NCBI GenBank assembly: GCA_019058245.1
Contig: JAHPZJ010000010.1
Coordinates: 1 to 64,000 of the forward strand
Direction: 5' to 3'
DNA from: Promethearchaeota archaeon
GTDB lineage: Archaea > Asgardarchaeota > Lokiarchaeia > Sigyniarchaeales > SOKP01
Length of the DNA: 64,000 nucleotides
A program made the position numbers and the translations under genes. The notes beneath the pieces were generated by a model, which saw only the letters and a program-made list of their open reading frames with translations, ran no database searches and was not told the DNA's origin. Numbering within the stretch: the stretch's first letter is position 1; every line of letters begins with the position of its first letter. Of this stretch, positions 41,104 to 51,252 are shown one piece after another.

Positions 41104-42726
41104 ATGGTTGGTAAAAACGATATTGCGGTTTCCGAAATGATGGAAAAAATTAGAGGATCCCTTATCCTCCCTGAGAGAGCATATTTTTTTGATACAACGC
41201 TCCGTGATGGGGAACAAACTCCAGGTATAAGTTTCACTCATAAAGAAAAGCTATCTATTGCTCAAGCTCTTAATGAGTTGGGAATTGATATCATAGAAGC
41301 GGGATTTCCTATTACATCTCAGGGAGATTTTGAAGCTTGTAGAGATATTGCGAAAATGGGTTTAGATTCTGAAGTGATGGGTTTAGCTAGAACAGCAAAG
41401 CCTGATATAGATAAAGTTATAGAGGCAGATATGGATAGTATACACCTATTTTGTGCCACTTCAGAATTGCATATGAGAGAAAAACTTCAATTAACTAGAG
41501 ATGAAGTCATAGAAAGAATAAGAGAAACCGTCTCATACGCTAAAGAACATTATTCTATTGTACTATTTTCAGCTGAGGATGCAACTAGATCAGATTTAGA
41601 TTTTTTAATTAAAGCTAACTTAACTGCTGTTGAGAGTGGGGCTACACGAATAAATATACCTGATACTGTAGGTACTATTTCTCCAGTAGCTTTTGGATAT
41701 ATTATACGGAAAAATTATGACGCCTTACCTAAAAATATTCGTATTGCGGCTCATTGTCATAATGATTTTGGTCTTGCTGTAGCAAATACTATTGCTGGGT
41801 TTGAAAATGGTGTTTCAGAAGCTCAAACAACAATTTTAGGCTTGGGTGAACGAGCAGGAAATGCATCTTTTGAAGAAACTTGTATGTCTCTTTATGCTCT
41901 ATATCAAATACCTATGAATATTAAAACAACAAAGATTTTTCCTACAGCTAAATTAGTAGAAAGTTTTTGTGGTGGGAAAGTCAGAATTGGTCGATTACAA
42001 CCCCTTATAGGGCAGAATGCATTTGCTCACGAAGCAGGTATTCACGCACACGCGATGCTACAACATGCGCGAACATATGAACCCATTACACCAGAATTAA
42101 TAGGAATTCACCGTACCGATGATGTGGAAGCAATTATAAAGCAATCAATAAAACTTGGAAAACACACAGGTGGTCATGCTCTTAAGGCTAAAATTAATGA
42201 CTTAGGTATTAGCCCTACTGATGAACAATTTACGAAAATAAGGCAACATGTAAAAAGTCTTGGTGATAAGGGGCATGAAGTTTCTGAAGAGGATTTTTTA
42301 GCAATTGTTAAAGATGTCATGGGGGAAATACCAAAAGAAGAACAATATGTTACTCTTGAAGAGTTAACTGTTTTGACTGGATCAGTTACACCTACATCAA
42401 CAGTTCGATTAAACATCAAAAATAATGGAGATATATTGCAAAAAGTAGCATCAGCAACGGGAGTAGGGCCTGTAGATGCCTCATGTAATGCAATTGTTAA
42501 ATGCTTTAAACCGATGAGTAAGATTGTACTTTTAAATTTTCAAATTGATGCTATTACTGGTGGAACTGAAGCATTAGGTCATGTTACCCTTGAAATCATG
42601 GATGTTGATAGTAATATAGTAGTCAAAGCTAGTGCGATTCATGAAGATATTGTTATGTGCTCTGTTCTATCTTTGATAAAAGGATTAAATCTAATTGTCA
42701 AGAAAAAGAGCATAACCTTAAATTAA
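41104..42726 (+). CDS. leuA: 2-isopropylmalate synthase
   Basis: DTTLRDGEQ, IEAGFP, PDTVG, HCHND, GLGERAGN, C-terminal regulatory domain GVGPVDA; operon context. Confidence 0.88.
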   Translation: MVGKNDIAVSEMMEKIRGSLILPERAYFFDTTLRDGEQTPGISFTHKEKLSIAQALNELGIDIIEAGFPITSQGDFEACRDIAKMGLDSEVMGLARTAKPDIDKVIEADMDSIHLFCATSELHMREKLQLTRDEVIERIRETVSYAKEHYSIVLFSAEDATRSDLDFLIKANLTAVESGATRINIPDTVGTISPVAFGYIIRKNYDALPKNIRIAAHCHNDFGLAVANTIAGFENGVSEAQTTILGLGERAGNASFEETCMSLYALYQIPMNIKTTKIFPTAKLVESFCGGKVRIGRLQPLIGQNAFAHEAGIHAHAMLQHARTYEPITPELIGIHRTDDVEAIIKQSIKLGKHTGGHALKAKINDLGISPTDEQFTKIRQHVKSLGDKGHEVSEEDFLAIVKDVMGEIPKEEQYVTLEELTVLTGSVTPTSTVRLNIKNNGDILQKVASATGVGPVDASCNAIVKCFKPMSKIVLLNFQIDAITGGTEALGHVTLEIMDVDSNIVVKASAIHEDIVMCSVLSLIKGLNLIVKKKSITLN

Positions 42727-42760
42727 TTAAATTCAATAAAAAACACGAATTTTAGGAATT

Positions 42761-44032
42761 ATGGATTTAACAATTAGTGAAAAAATCATAAGAGATCATT
42801 GTGAGCAAAAGGATCTTTCTGCTGGAGATTTTGTTTTAGTAAAAATTGATAAATGTTTAGGTAATGATATAACTGCACCAAAAGCTATAGAAGTTTTCGA
42901 AGAAATTGTTGAGGGAACTGAAAGAAGTGTTTTTGATCCAAGTAAGATAATACTTACACCAGATCATTTTACACCAAATAAGGATATTGCTTCGGCAATA
43001 CAGTGCAAAATTTTAAAAGATTTTGCAAGGAAGTACCACATTCAACACTATTATGAAGTAGGAAAAGTAGGAATTGAACATTGTCTTCTTCCCGAACAAG
43101 GATTAATTGCTCCGAGTGAGTTAATTATCGGTGCTGATTCTCATACTTGTACATATGGGGCATTAGGTGCTTTTTCTACTGGTGTTGGCTCAACTGATCT
43201 AGGTGTGGCAATGGCTCTTGGAGAATGTTGGCTTCAAGTACCTGAAACCTTGAGATTCAAATATACAGGTCAGTTAAATAAATGGGTTTCAGGTAAAGAT
43301 TTAATCTTGTATACTATTGGTAAAATTGGAGTTGATGGGGCAACATATAAGGTTATGGAATTTACAGGTGAAATTATCAACAACCTTTCTATGGCAAACC
43401 GTTTTACTATGTGTAATATGGCTATAGAAGCAGGCGCAAAAACAGGGTTCATTTTTCCAGATAAGATTACTGAACAATATCTAAAAAGTGTAGGAATTTC
43501 TAAATTTAAAACCTATGAGAATAATAATACAAAATATCATGAAAGTATTGAGATTGATTGTAATACTATTGAACCTCAAATAGCTCTTCCACATTTACCA
43601 AGCAATACAAAACCAATATCTGAAGTACAGGATATGCATATTGAAATTGATCAAGCTGTAATTGGATCTTGTACCAATGGACGAATAGAAGATTTACGGA
43701 TAGCAGCAAAAATAATGAAAGACAACAAGATTCACCCTAGTGTAAGATGTATTATCATTCCAGGAACTCCTACCATTCAATTTGATGCTCTTAAAGAAGG
43801 ATTAATTGAAATTTTTCTTAAAGCTGGAGCGATTGTATCTCCACCCACATGCGGTCCATGTTTAGGAGGTCATATGGGAATCCTTGCTCCTGGTGAAAGA
43901 GCAATTTCAACAACAAATAGAAATTTTATGGGAAGGATGGGACATAAAGATAGTGAAGTCTATTTATCAAATCCAGCGATTGCAGCAACTTCTGCCTTAA
44001 AAGGTTTTATTGCATCTCCAGAAAGTATGTAA
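42761..44032 (+). CDS. leuC: 3-isopropylmalate dehydratase large subunit
   Basis: DH, GADSHTCT.GA, IGSCTNGR, CGPCLG, STTNRNF.GRMG. Confidence 0.92.
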   Translation: MDLTISEKIIRDHCEQKDLSAGDFVLVKIDKCLGNDITAPKAIEVFEEIVEGTERSVFDPSKIILTPDHFTPNKDIASAIQCKILKDFARKYHIQHYYEVGKVGIEHCLLPEQGLIAPSELIIGADSHTCTYGALGAFSTGVGSTDLGVAMALGECWLQVPETLRFKYTGQLNKWVSGKDLILYTIGKIGVDGATYKVMEFTGEIINNLSMANRFTMCNMAIEAGAKTGFIFPDKITEQYLKSVGISKFKTYENNNTKYHESIEIDCNTIEPQIALPHLPSNTKPISEVQDMHIEIDQAVIGSCTNGRIEDLRIAAKIMKDNKIHPSVRCIIIPGTPTIQFDALKEGLIEIFLKAGAIVSPPTCGPCLGGHMGILAPGERAISTTNRNFMGRMGHKDSEVYLSNPAIAATSALKGFIASPESM

Positions 44033-44050
44033 AAGAATATAATTTAGAAG

Positions 44051-44569
44051 GTGAAAAAAATGAAAGGTAAAGTAATTAAATATCCTCAAGAGAATATTAA
44101 TACTGATTTGATAATTCCTGCTCGATACTTAGTAGATATAAATCCTCAATTTTTAGCGGAGCACTGTATGGAAGATTTAGATATGGAATTTCATAAGAAT
44201 AAAAATAATCTTCAAGCAACAATTCTCGTCTCAGGTTCTAATTTCGGTTGCGGATCAAGCCGAGAACAAGCACCAATAGCCTTGAAAGCTACGGGAATAG
44301 AATTAATAATCGCTCCCAGTTTTGCACGTATATTTTTCAGAAATGCTATTAATATTGGTCTTCCAATTCTTCAATTTTCTGATATTGATGCTTTTAATAG
44401 TGGAGATCTGCTAGATATTGATTTTGGAAAAGGAGTTATAGAAAATATAACTACTAGTAAATCATATTCTTTTAGCAAATTTCCAGCTTTTTTACAGAAA
44501 ATAATTAAAGTTCACGGCTTAATAAATTTTGCAAGAGAACAAATTGCTAATTCAGAAGAGGGATCATAA
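44051..44569 (+). CDS. leuD: 3-isopropylmalate dehydratase small subunit
   Basis: NINTD.IIPARYL, NFGCGSSREQA, SFARIFFRN. Confidence 0.92.
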   Translation: MKKMKGKVIKYPQENINTDLIIPARYLVDINPQFLAEHCMEDLDMEFHKNKNNLQATILVSGSNFGCGSSREQAPIALKATGIELIIAPSFARIFFRNAINIGLPILQFSDIDAFNSGDLLDIDFGKGVIENITTSKSYSFSKFPAFLQKIIKVHGLINFAREQIANSEEGS

Positions 44570-45633
44570 TGAAAAAAATAATTGCAGTCACTCATGGTGA
44601 TGGATGTGGATTAGAAGTAGTAGAAGAAGGGATAAAGATTCTAAAAGCTATTTCTGAATATAGTGATTTTGATTTTGAATTTATAAACGCTCCAGCTGGA
44701 GGTAAAGTTTGGAAAGATTGTGGTGAAAGTCTTCCAGAGAAAACATTTGAAATTATTAAGAATTCTGATGCTTTATTATTTGGTGCTATTGGGCTTCCTG
44801 ATTTACCCCCTGGAATTGCTGAAACTGCAATCTTAAAGATAAGACAAGATTTAGATCTATACGTGAATATGAGGCCAATTAAGTTATATAATCCTCTACG
44901 TGATAGATGCCCACTTAGAGATGAATTTATAGGAAAAGGTATTGATTTCACTATTATTAGAGAAAATACAGAGGGAATATATAAAGGAATAGGAGAAATA
45001 TCAGATGAGAGGGCTGAAAGTGTGATGCTTTATACTAAAAAAGGGTGTGAAAGAATTATGCGATATGCTTGTGAATTTGCAAAAAAGAATGGTCATAAAA
45101 AAATTACATCTGTAGATAAAGCAAATGTTATAAAAGCAAGTCAATTTTGGCGCAATATCTTTCATAAAATTGGGGAAGATTATCCCGATTTAGAGAAAGA
45201 GGATGTCTATATTGATGCTTTTTGTCAATGGTTAATTCGTGCTCCTTATTCTTACGAAACAGTAGTTACAGGCAATATGTTTGGTGATATTACTAGTGAT
45301 GAAGGTGCTTTTCTGATTGGTAGTTTAGGAATGGCCGCCAGTGGAAACATAAATCCAGGAAATGTTTCAATGTATGAACCAATACATGGTTCGGCTCCTG
45401 ATATTGCTGGAAAAAATATAGCTAATCCAATAGGTACTATTTTAAGTATAAAATTGATGATGCAGGAATCGTTTAATTCGCCAGAAATAGGATTTTTAAT
45501 TGAAAAATCTGTAGAAGAAGCCCTTAACGAAGGAAGAACCATAGATATTGAGAATAAAGCTTTTAAGACTCTAACTACGAGAGAAATGGGGGATCTAATA
45601 GTAAAAAAGTTGATAAACTTGCTTAAAAAGTAG
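44569..45633 (+). CDS. leuB: 3-isopropylmalate dehydrogenase
   Basis: GDG.G.EV, RENTEG.Y, DKANV, NMFGDI.SD, EPIHGSAPDIAGK.IANP. Confidence 0.92.
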   Translation: MKKIIAVTHGDGCGLEVVEEGIKILKAISEYSDFDFEFINAPAGGKVWKDCGESLPEKTFEIIKNSDALLFGAIGLPDLPPGIAETAILKIRQDLDLYVNMRPIKLYNPLRDRCPLRDEFIGKGIDFTIIRENTEGIYKGIGEISDERAESVMLYTKKGCERIMRYACEFAKKNGHKKITSVDKANVIKASQFWRNIFHKIGEDYPDLEKEDVYIDAFCQWLIRAPYSYETVVTGNMFGDITSDEGAFLIGSLGMAASGNINPGNVSMYEPIHGSAPDIAGKNIANPIGTILSIKLMMQESFNSPEIGFLIEKSVEEALNEGRTIDIENKAFKTLTTREMGDLIVKKLINLLKK

Positions 45634-45660
45634 TTTTTTATTTAATTTTAATCTTTTTTT

Positions 45661-46083
45661 CTAAGAATTATTATTATTTTTATCTAACAACTCATTTTTA
45701 AATTTCTTAATTTCCTTAGCTAAATTTGAGTTCAAACCGGGGTGATCTTCTACGGGAAGATCAATTCCCATTATTGGTGCTAAGATCTCTCCTTTCTCGT
45801 TAATTACATCATAATCTTTTAAAATTTTTTTTTTTGTTTCTATTTTTTCATCATTAGATATCCAAAGCATCCCTTTAGGACAATTAATTAAGATCTTTGT
45901 GACTAAATGTATTTGTTTCATACAATTTGGACATTCATAATAGTATTTATCATCAAGAAATTTTTGAATTAACTCTGGATTTAACCACGTATTAATTGAT
46001 GCTTCCCAGATAACCCGAAACGAGTATTTACAGTGAGGACAAATTATTTCAGTACTAGTTAAATGTGTCATAATTCTTTTCAA
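45661..46083 (-). CDS. CpXC-domain zinc-ribbon protein
   Basis: CPHC...W.ASIN....PEL...L.....CPNC. Confidence 0.75.
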   Translation of the reverse strand: MKRIMTHLTSTEIICPHCKYSFRVIWEASINTWLNPELIQKFLDDKYYYECPNCMKQIHLVTKILINCPKGMLWISNDEKIETKKKILKDYDVINEKGEILAPIMGIDLPVEDHPGLNSNLAKEIKKFKNELLDKNNNNS

Positions 46084-46152
46084 TCTATTTAAAGAATTTA
46101 TATGTTAATTAAATTCCATCTTTTTTTTGTTGTTTATGATCCATAACATGAG

Positions 46153-46181
46153 TGTCACCATATTGTGACAATATTTAAATA
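46153..46181 (+). promoter_or_regulatory. TGTCAC-N6-GTGACA palindrome adjoining the TATA box of the actin operon
   Basis: Perfect 6-bp inverted repeat at 46153-46170; TTTAAATA at 46174-46181. Confidence 0.65.
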
Positions 46182-46236
46182 TTATCGTTTTTATTTTAAC
46201 TATAAATTAATATTAAAAAAAAGAGGTGGTTTTAAA

Positions 46237-47382
46237 ATTTCAGTCAACGGGGATTTTAAAAATAATAGACCCATTGTTATAGATAATGGGACTGGTATAT
46301 CAAAAAATGGATTTGGAGGAGAAGATCAGCCACGCTCGGTTTTTCCAACTGTCATTGGTAAACCAAAGTATGGAAACATCATGCCTGATGTAAAGAATTA
46401 CAGCCGAGAATGGTATGTTGGGGAAGAAGCAATGGAATTAAAAGGGATCATGAATCTACAATTTCCTATTGAACATGGAGTTGTTGAAGATTGGCCAGCA
46501 ATGGAAAGGATATACCATTATACATTCTATACAGATTTAAGAATAGATCCTTCAGAATTTCCTGTATTGTTAACAGAAGCTCCATTGAATCCTAGATCAA
46601 ATAGAGAAAAAATGGCAGAAATAATGTTCGAAACATTCAATGTTCCTGCTCTTTATATCGCAACACAAGCAGTTTTATCACTATACGCTTCTGGTCGAAC
46701 TACTGGGTGTGTAGTAGATATAGGGGATGGAGTTGCACATATTGTGCCAATTTTTGAGGGTTTTGCTCTAAGTCATGCGATACAGAGAATAGATCTAGCG
46801 GGAAGAGATGTTACAACATATTTACAGAGATTATTACGTCAAAATGGATATTCATTTTATACATCAGCAGAGAAACAGATTGTTAGAGATATTAAGGAAA
46901 AATTATGCTATGTTGCTCTTGATCCTGAAAAAGAGATTATGCTCTCAAATAAAGTATCAGGGATGGCAAAAAATTATATGCTTCCAGATGGAGAGACTAT
47001 TACAATTGGACTTGAAAGATTCCTAGCTCCAGAAAGTCTATTCAATCCTTCTGTAGTAGGAAAGGAATTGCCTCCTTTAGATGAAGTAATCGTTGGTGCG
47101 ATTTCTGATTGTGATGTTGATCTTCGAAGAGATTTATATAGTAATATTGTACTCTCAGGTGGTTCCACCATGTTTCCGGGTATTAAAGAGAGATTAACTA
47201 GAGAGTTAAAAGAACAACTTCCTGAATCCATTGATGTAAAGATTATAGCACCGCCAGAAAGAATGTATTCTGTATGGATTGGTGGATCTATTTTGAGTTC
47301 CTTAAAGACTTTTAGTAGAATGTGGGTAAGTCGAAGAGATTACAAGGAAATGGGACCTCAAGTTATCCATCGATGTTTTTAA
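46237..47382 (+). CDS. Asgard actin (eukaryote-like actin family); probable ATT start
   Basis: [97 protein letters not shown] end; GAGGTG SD 8 nt before ATT; ORF-track GTG 46165 lies upstream of the TATA box. Confidence 0.95.
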   Translation: MSVNGDFKNNRPIVIDNGTGISKNGFGGEDQPRSVFPTVIGKPKYGNIMPDVKNYSREWYVGEEAMELKGIMNLQFPIEHGVVEDWPAMERIYHYTFYTDLRIDPSEFPVLLTEAPLNPRSNREKMAEIMFETFNVPALYIATQAVLSLYASGRTTGCVVDIGDGVAHIVPIFEGFALSHAIQRIDLAGRDVTTYLQRLLRQNGYSFYTSAEKQIVRDIKEKLCYVALDPEKEIMLSNKVSGMAKNYMLPDGETITIGLERFLAPESLFNPSVVGKELPPLDEVIVGAISDCDVDLRRDLYSNIVLSGGSTMFPGIKERLTRELKEQLPESIDVKIIAPPERMYSVWIGGSILSSLKTFSRMWVSRRDYKEMGPQVIHRCF

Positions 47383-47616
47383 ATGGCTTTATTTAAAATA
47401 AATTATAAAGTGACAATAATTGTGAGAATTAAAATAATTGATGGAATAGCTTGTATTGAACTAGATGATGGAATAATTTTATCTACAAAGGATTTAAAAA
47501 GTGAATTCAAGAAATTGATTATGCCAGACAATTTCACTGATATTCAGGAATCTAAAGAAAGCAAATATTATAATAAGGTTTTGGAAGAAATTAAAAAGAA
47601 ATTTGGAGAAAAATAA
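47383..47616 (+). CDS. small hypothetical protein in actin operon
   Basis: 77-aa ORF abutting the actin stop; start uncertain. Confidence 0.55.
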   Translation: MALFKINYKVTIIVRIKIIDGIACIELDDGIILSTKDLKSEFKKLIMPDNFTDIQESKESKYYNKVLEEIKKKFGEK

Positions 47617-47673
47617 ATAATTATAATTTTTTTTTATTAAAATAAAGATTAGTCAAGGAGAGGATTCAATAAT

Positions 47674-48912
47674 ATGGAAAAAATGACACAAGCTCTAAAT
47701 GAATTAATAAAGTCAGAATCAAAGACTATTGCTGCCACAATCATTAAAGGTGAAAATGATATTGAGTATTCAACAGAGAATTGGGATATTAGCAATGATA
47801 TTGATGAGATTAATTTAGCTTGGGAATCAGAAGAATATAAAACACTTATTATTTCTAATATTAAATATGTAATTATCCAGCGTACTCCTGAAAGACTTGT
47901 TGGAATTGATCCTTCTAATAAAGGAGGAATTTTAGGCTTTAAAGATGAAGAGAGAAAAGTAATATGTAAGATTGCTCCTGATGGATTAAAGCGATTAGGG
48001 ATGATGGAAGTTTCTCGTATTTTAGGTAAGCTCAGTTCAAAAAAACCATATATTGATTTCGATACCCAATTAGGTAAAGTAGAAGAATTGAAATGGGCAA
48101 CTCCAAGAATTCTTCTTGATGATACAAATAATTTGCAGGAACTAGGATTACTAAAATTTGGATTAAGTATTGAAGAAGCTAAAGTATATTTGACATTGTT
48201 AAAGAGAGGTAAAGAGGGAGCAAAAGTTGGTGAATTAAATGAAGATCTCTCCATTAAAAGAACAACGATCTATCGTATAATTGATCGTTTAATCAGTAAG
48301 AGTTGGGTTATAAAATTACCATTGATGCCCAAAAGTGCGCAAAATTTTATAGCAAGACCCCTAAACGATATTCTCGATGAGAGAATTCAGAAAAAGGAAG
48401 AAGAATTAAAGATTCTAAAGAGTTTTCGCTATATCATGGGTGAGATACTAGAGAATGGATGGATAGATATCTCAGAAATTAAAAAAGATTTTCAATTATA
48501 TAGTAAAAAGGCTTTTGATTTTAACACTCTTGGAATTATGGGGGAGGAAAAGGATTGTGGTCTTATAATCTTTGAATACAATAAAAAAATAAAAGAAGAA
48601 GTAATAATTAAAGCGGCCCTACAACTATCATCCGAAAAAATGAGAGAACCAATACAACCCGATCTTGATAAAAAAAAATTTACAATCCCCGATCTTGAAG
48701 ATATAAAAATAGAAGATACCAAAATTCAAGATTATTTTGGCATGACAATGTATTTCAAATTTAAAGAAGGAACTGAAACGGGAAATAATGTTGGGTTGGG
48801 TTGGATAGTAGCAGCTAGGCATGTAGCTGTTCCTATTAAGAATAAGATCTATGTTGTTTGGGGATCCGAAGAACAATTTCCAATTTTATTAAGTATTATT
48901 TTAAAATTATAA
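47674..48912 (+). CDS. profilin-like domain fused to TrmB-type HTH and an unknown C-terminal domain
   Basis: N-terminal ~125 aa with Loki-profilin pattern (A.II....I.YSTENWDIS.DI...I.NIKY.IIQ.T.ERL.G....G.I.G); residues ~160-230 FGLS.EEAKVYL.LL......GEL...L.I.RTTIY.II.RL..K.WV. Confidence 0.75.
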   Translation: MEKMTQALNELIKSESKTIAATIIKGENDIEYSTENWDISNDIDEINLAWESEEYKTLIISNIKYVIIQRTPERLVGIDPSNKGGILGFKDEERKVICKIAPDGLKRLGMMEVSRILGKLSSKKPYIDFDTQLGKVEELKWATPRILLDDTNNLQELGLLKFGLSIEEAKVYLTLLKRGKEGAKVGELNEDLSIKRTTIYRIIDRLISKSWVIKLPLMPKSAQNFIARPLNDILDERIQKKEEELKILKSFRYIMGEILENGWIDISEIKKDFQLYSKKAFDFNTLGIMGEEKDCGLIIFEYNKKIKEEVIIKAALQLSSEKMREPIQPDLDKKKFTIPDLEDIKIEDTKIQDYFGMTMYFKFKEGTETGNNVGLGWIVAARHVAVPIKNKIYVVWGSEEQFPILLSIILKL

Positions 48913-48922
48913 GATTTTTACA

Positions 48923-49471
48923 ATGACAGCACAAATTCCAGATGAGTTTATTTTGAATGGTGAATCTTTTTCGTTGGTAGGATTAAAGGGTAAAGGGTTA
49001 GTAGAACCTGAGGATTTAGGGATATCACCATATTCCAGTTGCACTGCTTGTTGGCGAGGGTATGTTATGAAATATAATTTTACGAAAAACAAATTAATCC
49101 TTGATGAATTACAGGTTAATGTTGATGATCCTCCAAAAATCAATGGTGTTGAAGCTCAGCAAGAGAGTTCTTTATTTAAATATCATTATAAGAATTTGAA
49201 GCTTCAAACAAACTTTACTGGGAGTATTCTTCTTGCAAAAGACTTTATACAATCTATGTATGTCCATATGGGATTTCAGAGACCCATGGCTTTTAAGACA
49301 GTTGTTGAAATAGATATAAAGAATGGAGAAATCATCTCATTAAAAGATCTGTCTAAAAAGATGGAAAATTTAAGGAAAAAAGATCTATATAAAGGAGCAC
49401 AACCTCAATCTGACTCAAAGAGAGACATTGAAGAATGGGTTAAGCAAACCTTTTCCCTTGATTATGATTGA
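48923..49471 (+). CDS. conserved-looking hypothetical protein
   Basis: MTAQIPD, S.CTACWRGY, FTG..L motifs. Confidence 0.75.
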   Translation: MTAQIPDEFILNGESFSLVGLKGKGLVEPEDLGISPYSSCTACWRGYVMKYNFTKNKLILDELQVNVDDPPKINGVEAQQESSLFKYHYKNLKLQTNFTGSILLAKDFIQSMYVHMGFQRPMAFKTVVEIDIKNGEIISLKDLSKKMENLRKKDLYKGAQPQSDSKRDIEEWVKQTFSLDYD

Positions 49472-49579
49472 TAATAAGAAAAATTTTAATCTTAAAACTG
49501 ATAAGTATTTTTATTATATTTTTCACAATTCTTTTTTAATTTAGAAATTTACAAATACTTTTTTTCATAAGTATATGAA

Positions 49580-50140
49580 GTGGAAATTCTCATGGAAGAA
49601 TGGATAAATTCAAAGGGAGAAAGTATACTTAGAGATTATGGGATAAAAAGTGGACAAAACATATTAGATTTTGGATGTGGTTCAGGTGTATATTCTATAA
49701 TTGCTTCAAAAATTGTTGGAGATAAAGGTAAAATTTATGCTCTTGATTACGATGAGAATCCTTTGGAGGAATTATCTGATAAAATTAAAAATCAAAATAT
49801 TTCTAATATTGAAATCATAAAAACTTCTAAAGAGATATCAGTTCCTTTGAATTCTAATTCTATTGATGTAGTATTAATGTACGATGTTTACCATTTACTT
49901 GATAAGGATGAACGAGTTAATTTATTGAATGAAATATATAGGATTTTAAAAATTAACTATGTTATTCTATCTTATTTTGCTATTCATATAGGGTCTTATG
50001 GAATACAATTAAATAAAGTTCAAATATTAATAAAAAAGACTGGTTTTGAATTAATTGAGCAATTTAAACGTCCGATGTTTCATTGGAGCTGGATTGAAGA
50101 AGCAATTGTTTTAAATTATAGAAAAGTAGAAAAAAAATGA
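49580..50140 (+). CDS. class I SAM-dependent methyltransferase
   Basis: ILDFGCGSG, GKIYALD, SIDVVL..DV.H, EIYRILK. Confidence 0.88.
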   Translation: MEILMEEWINSKGESILRDYGIKSGQNILDFGCGSGVYSIIASKIVGDKGKIYALDYDENPLEELSDKIKNQNISNIEIIKTSKEISVPLNSNSIDVVLMYDVYHLLDKDERVNLLNEIYRILKINYVILSYFAIHIGSYGIQLNKVQILIKKTGFELIEQFKRPMFHWSWIEEAIVLNYRKVEKK

Positions 50141-50198
50141 TTTGGCATTCCCACAGTAAATATCTCGATTAAAGGGAATTTCTCAAATTTTGCATTTT

Positions 50199-50729
50199 TT
50201 AAATTTTAATAAAATTGTATTGTTTATCATTACTATAAGCTAATTTAAAGAGTCCTTTGGAAGTAATTAAATCAATTATTTGATCTTCATTATAATGATG
50301 GTCATCAAGACTGAGTATCGAATTTGGCTTTAGAATTCTATAGAATTCTTTTATAATGTTATTTTTATTAGAGATTCCATGAAGTACATCAAAACAAATT
50401 ATTCGATCAATACTCTCATCATCCAATTTGGTATCACAATCTGTCTGAATTGTTTCAATAATGTTATAACCCATTTTTTTTGCTTTCTTTCTCACCTTTT
50501 TCAATGCTAATGGATGAATATCTGCTGCGATAAGTTTTCCCGTTGTCCCTATTTTTTCAGCAGCAGCTAGGGAATAACTTCCTGGACCACATCCATAATC
50601 TAATACTGTTTCTCCTTGTCTAATATCAGCATTTTTAATTTTTATTATAGGATTATGAAATATATCTCGAATTTTAAAGAAAAAGGACATACACTTGAAA
50701 TCTAAATTTGATTGTTTTTTATTCTTCAT
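50199..50729 (-). CDS. class I SAM-dependent methyltransferase
   Basis: VLDYGCGPG, AADI, SID.I..FDVLH, EFYRILKP. Confidence 0.88.
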   Translation of the reverse strand: MKNKKQSNLDFKCMSFFFKIRDIFHNPIIKIKNADIRQGETVLDYGCGPGSYSLAAAEKIGTTGKLIAADIHPLALKKVRKKAKKMGYNIIETIQTDCDTKLDDESIDRIICFDVLHGISNKNNIIKEFYRILKPNSILSLDDHHYNEDQIIDLITSKGLFKLAYSNDKQYNFIKI

Positions 50730-51177
50730 TATTTAAATCACCTTTATCATTTTCCTGAATTTCCCCTAAACCACTTCCAAATCCTTGAAATAGTTTTGAA
50801 GCAAAATTTTTCAATCTTGTGGCTTTCATTAGACCAAGTCCTTTATTAAGATCCCCAAATACGAGGATTAAATCTCCAGGATTTATTCTAAAAGACTCCC
50901 GAGCGTCTTGTGGAATTACAATCTGCCCTCTTTCGCCCACTTTAGCAGTGCCAAAATAGTATTCATGCTTTTCAATTTCATTTTTATCGATTTCCAAAAT
51001 TTTTGTAAGACCTAATCCTTTATTTAATTCTCCAAATATATGTATGTCATCTTTAGCATTTATCCCAAAAATCTCTCTTGCTTTAAGAGGTATAACAATT
51101 TGGCCACGTTCACCAACCTTTACTGAACCAAAAAAGTAGTTTCCTTTTTTACCGGGAAATTCAGTTATTTTAATCAC
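50719..51177 (-). CDS. AbrB/MazE-type DNA-binding protein with two tandem domains
   Basis: KVGERGQIVIP..AR..F.I repeated twice. Confidence 0.9.
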   Translation of the reverse strand: MIKITEFPGKKGNYFFGSVKVGERGQIVIPLKAREIFGINAKDDIHIFGELNKGLGLTKILEIDKNEIEKHEYYFGTAKVGERGQIVIPQDARESFRINPGDLILVFGDLNKGLGLMKATRLKNFASKLFQGFGSGLGEIQENDKGDLNNEE

Positions 51178-51195
51178 CTTTTATAAATCATATTG

Positions 51196-51225
51196 ATATG
51201 ATCATATTCGTATGATCATACGAAT
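51196..51225. promoter_or_regulatory. overlapping palindromes (candidate AbrB operator)
   Basis: Perfect 20-bp ATTCGTATGATCATACGAAT (51206-51225) and 12-bp ATATGATCATAT (51196-51207) between TATA box and start. Confidence 0.7.
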
Positions 51226-51252
51226 CATACTATTTAAAAGTTTTGCTTTTTT

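Noticed and set aside
46165-46236. ORF-track N-terminal extension of actin from GTG 46165
   Set aside because: Lies in the palindrome upstream of the TATA box and translates as AT-rich non-actin sequence; the SD points to 46237
47649-49143. Minus-strand ORFs overlapping the profilin-TrmB and adjacent genes (and similar antisense ORFs throughout the track)
   Set aside because: Antisense shadows of well-supported genes
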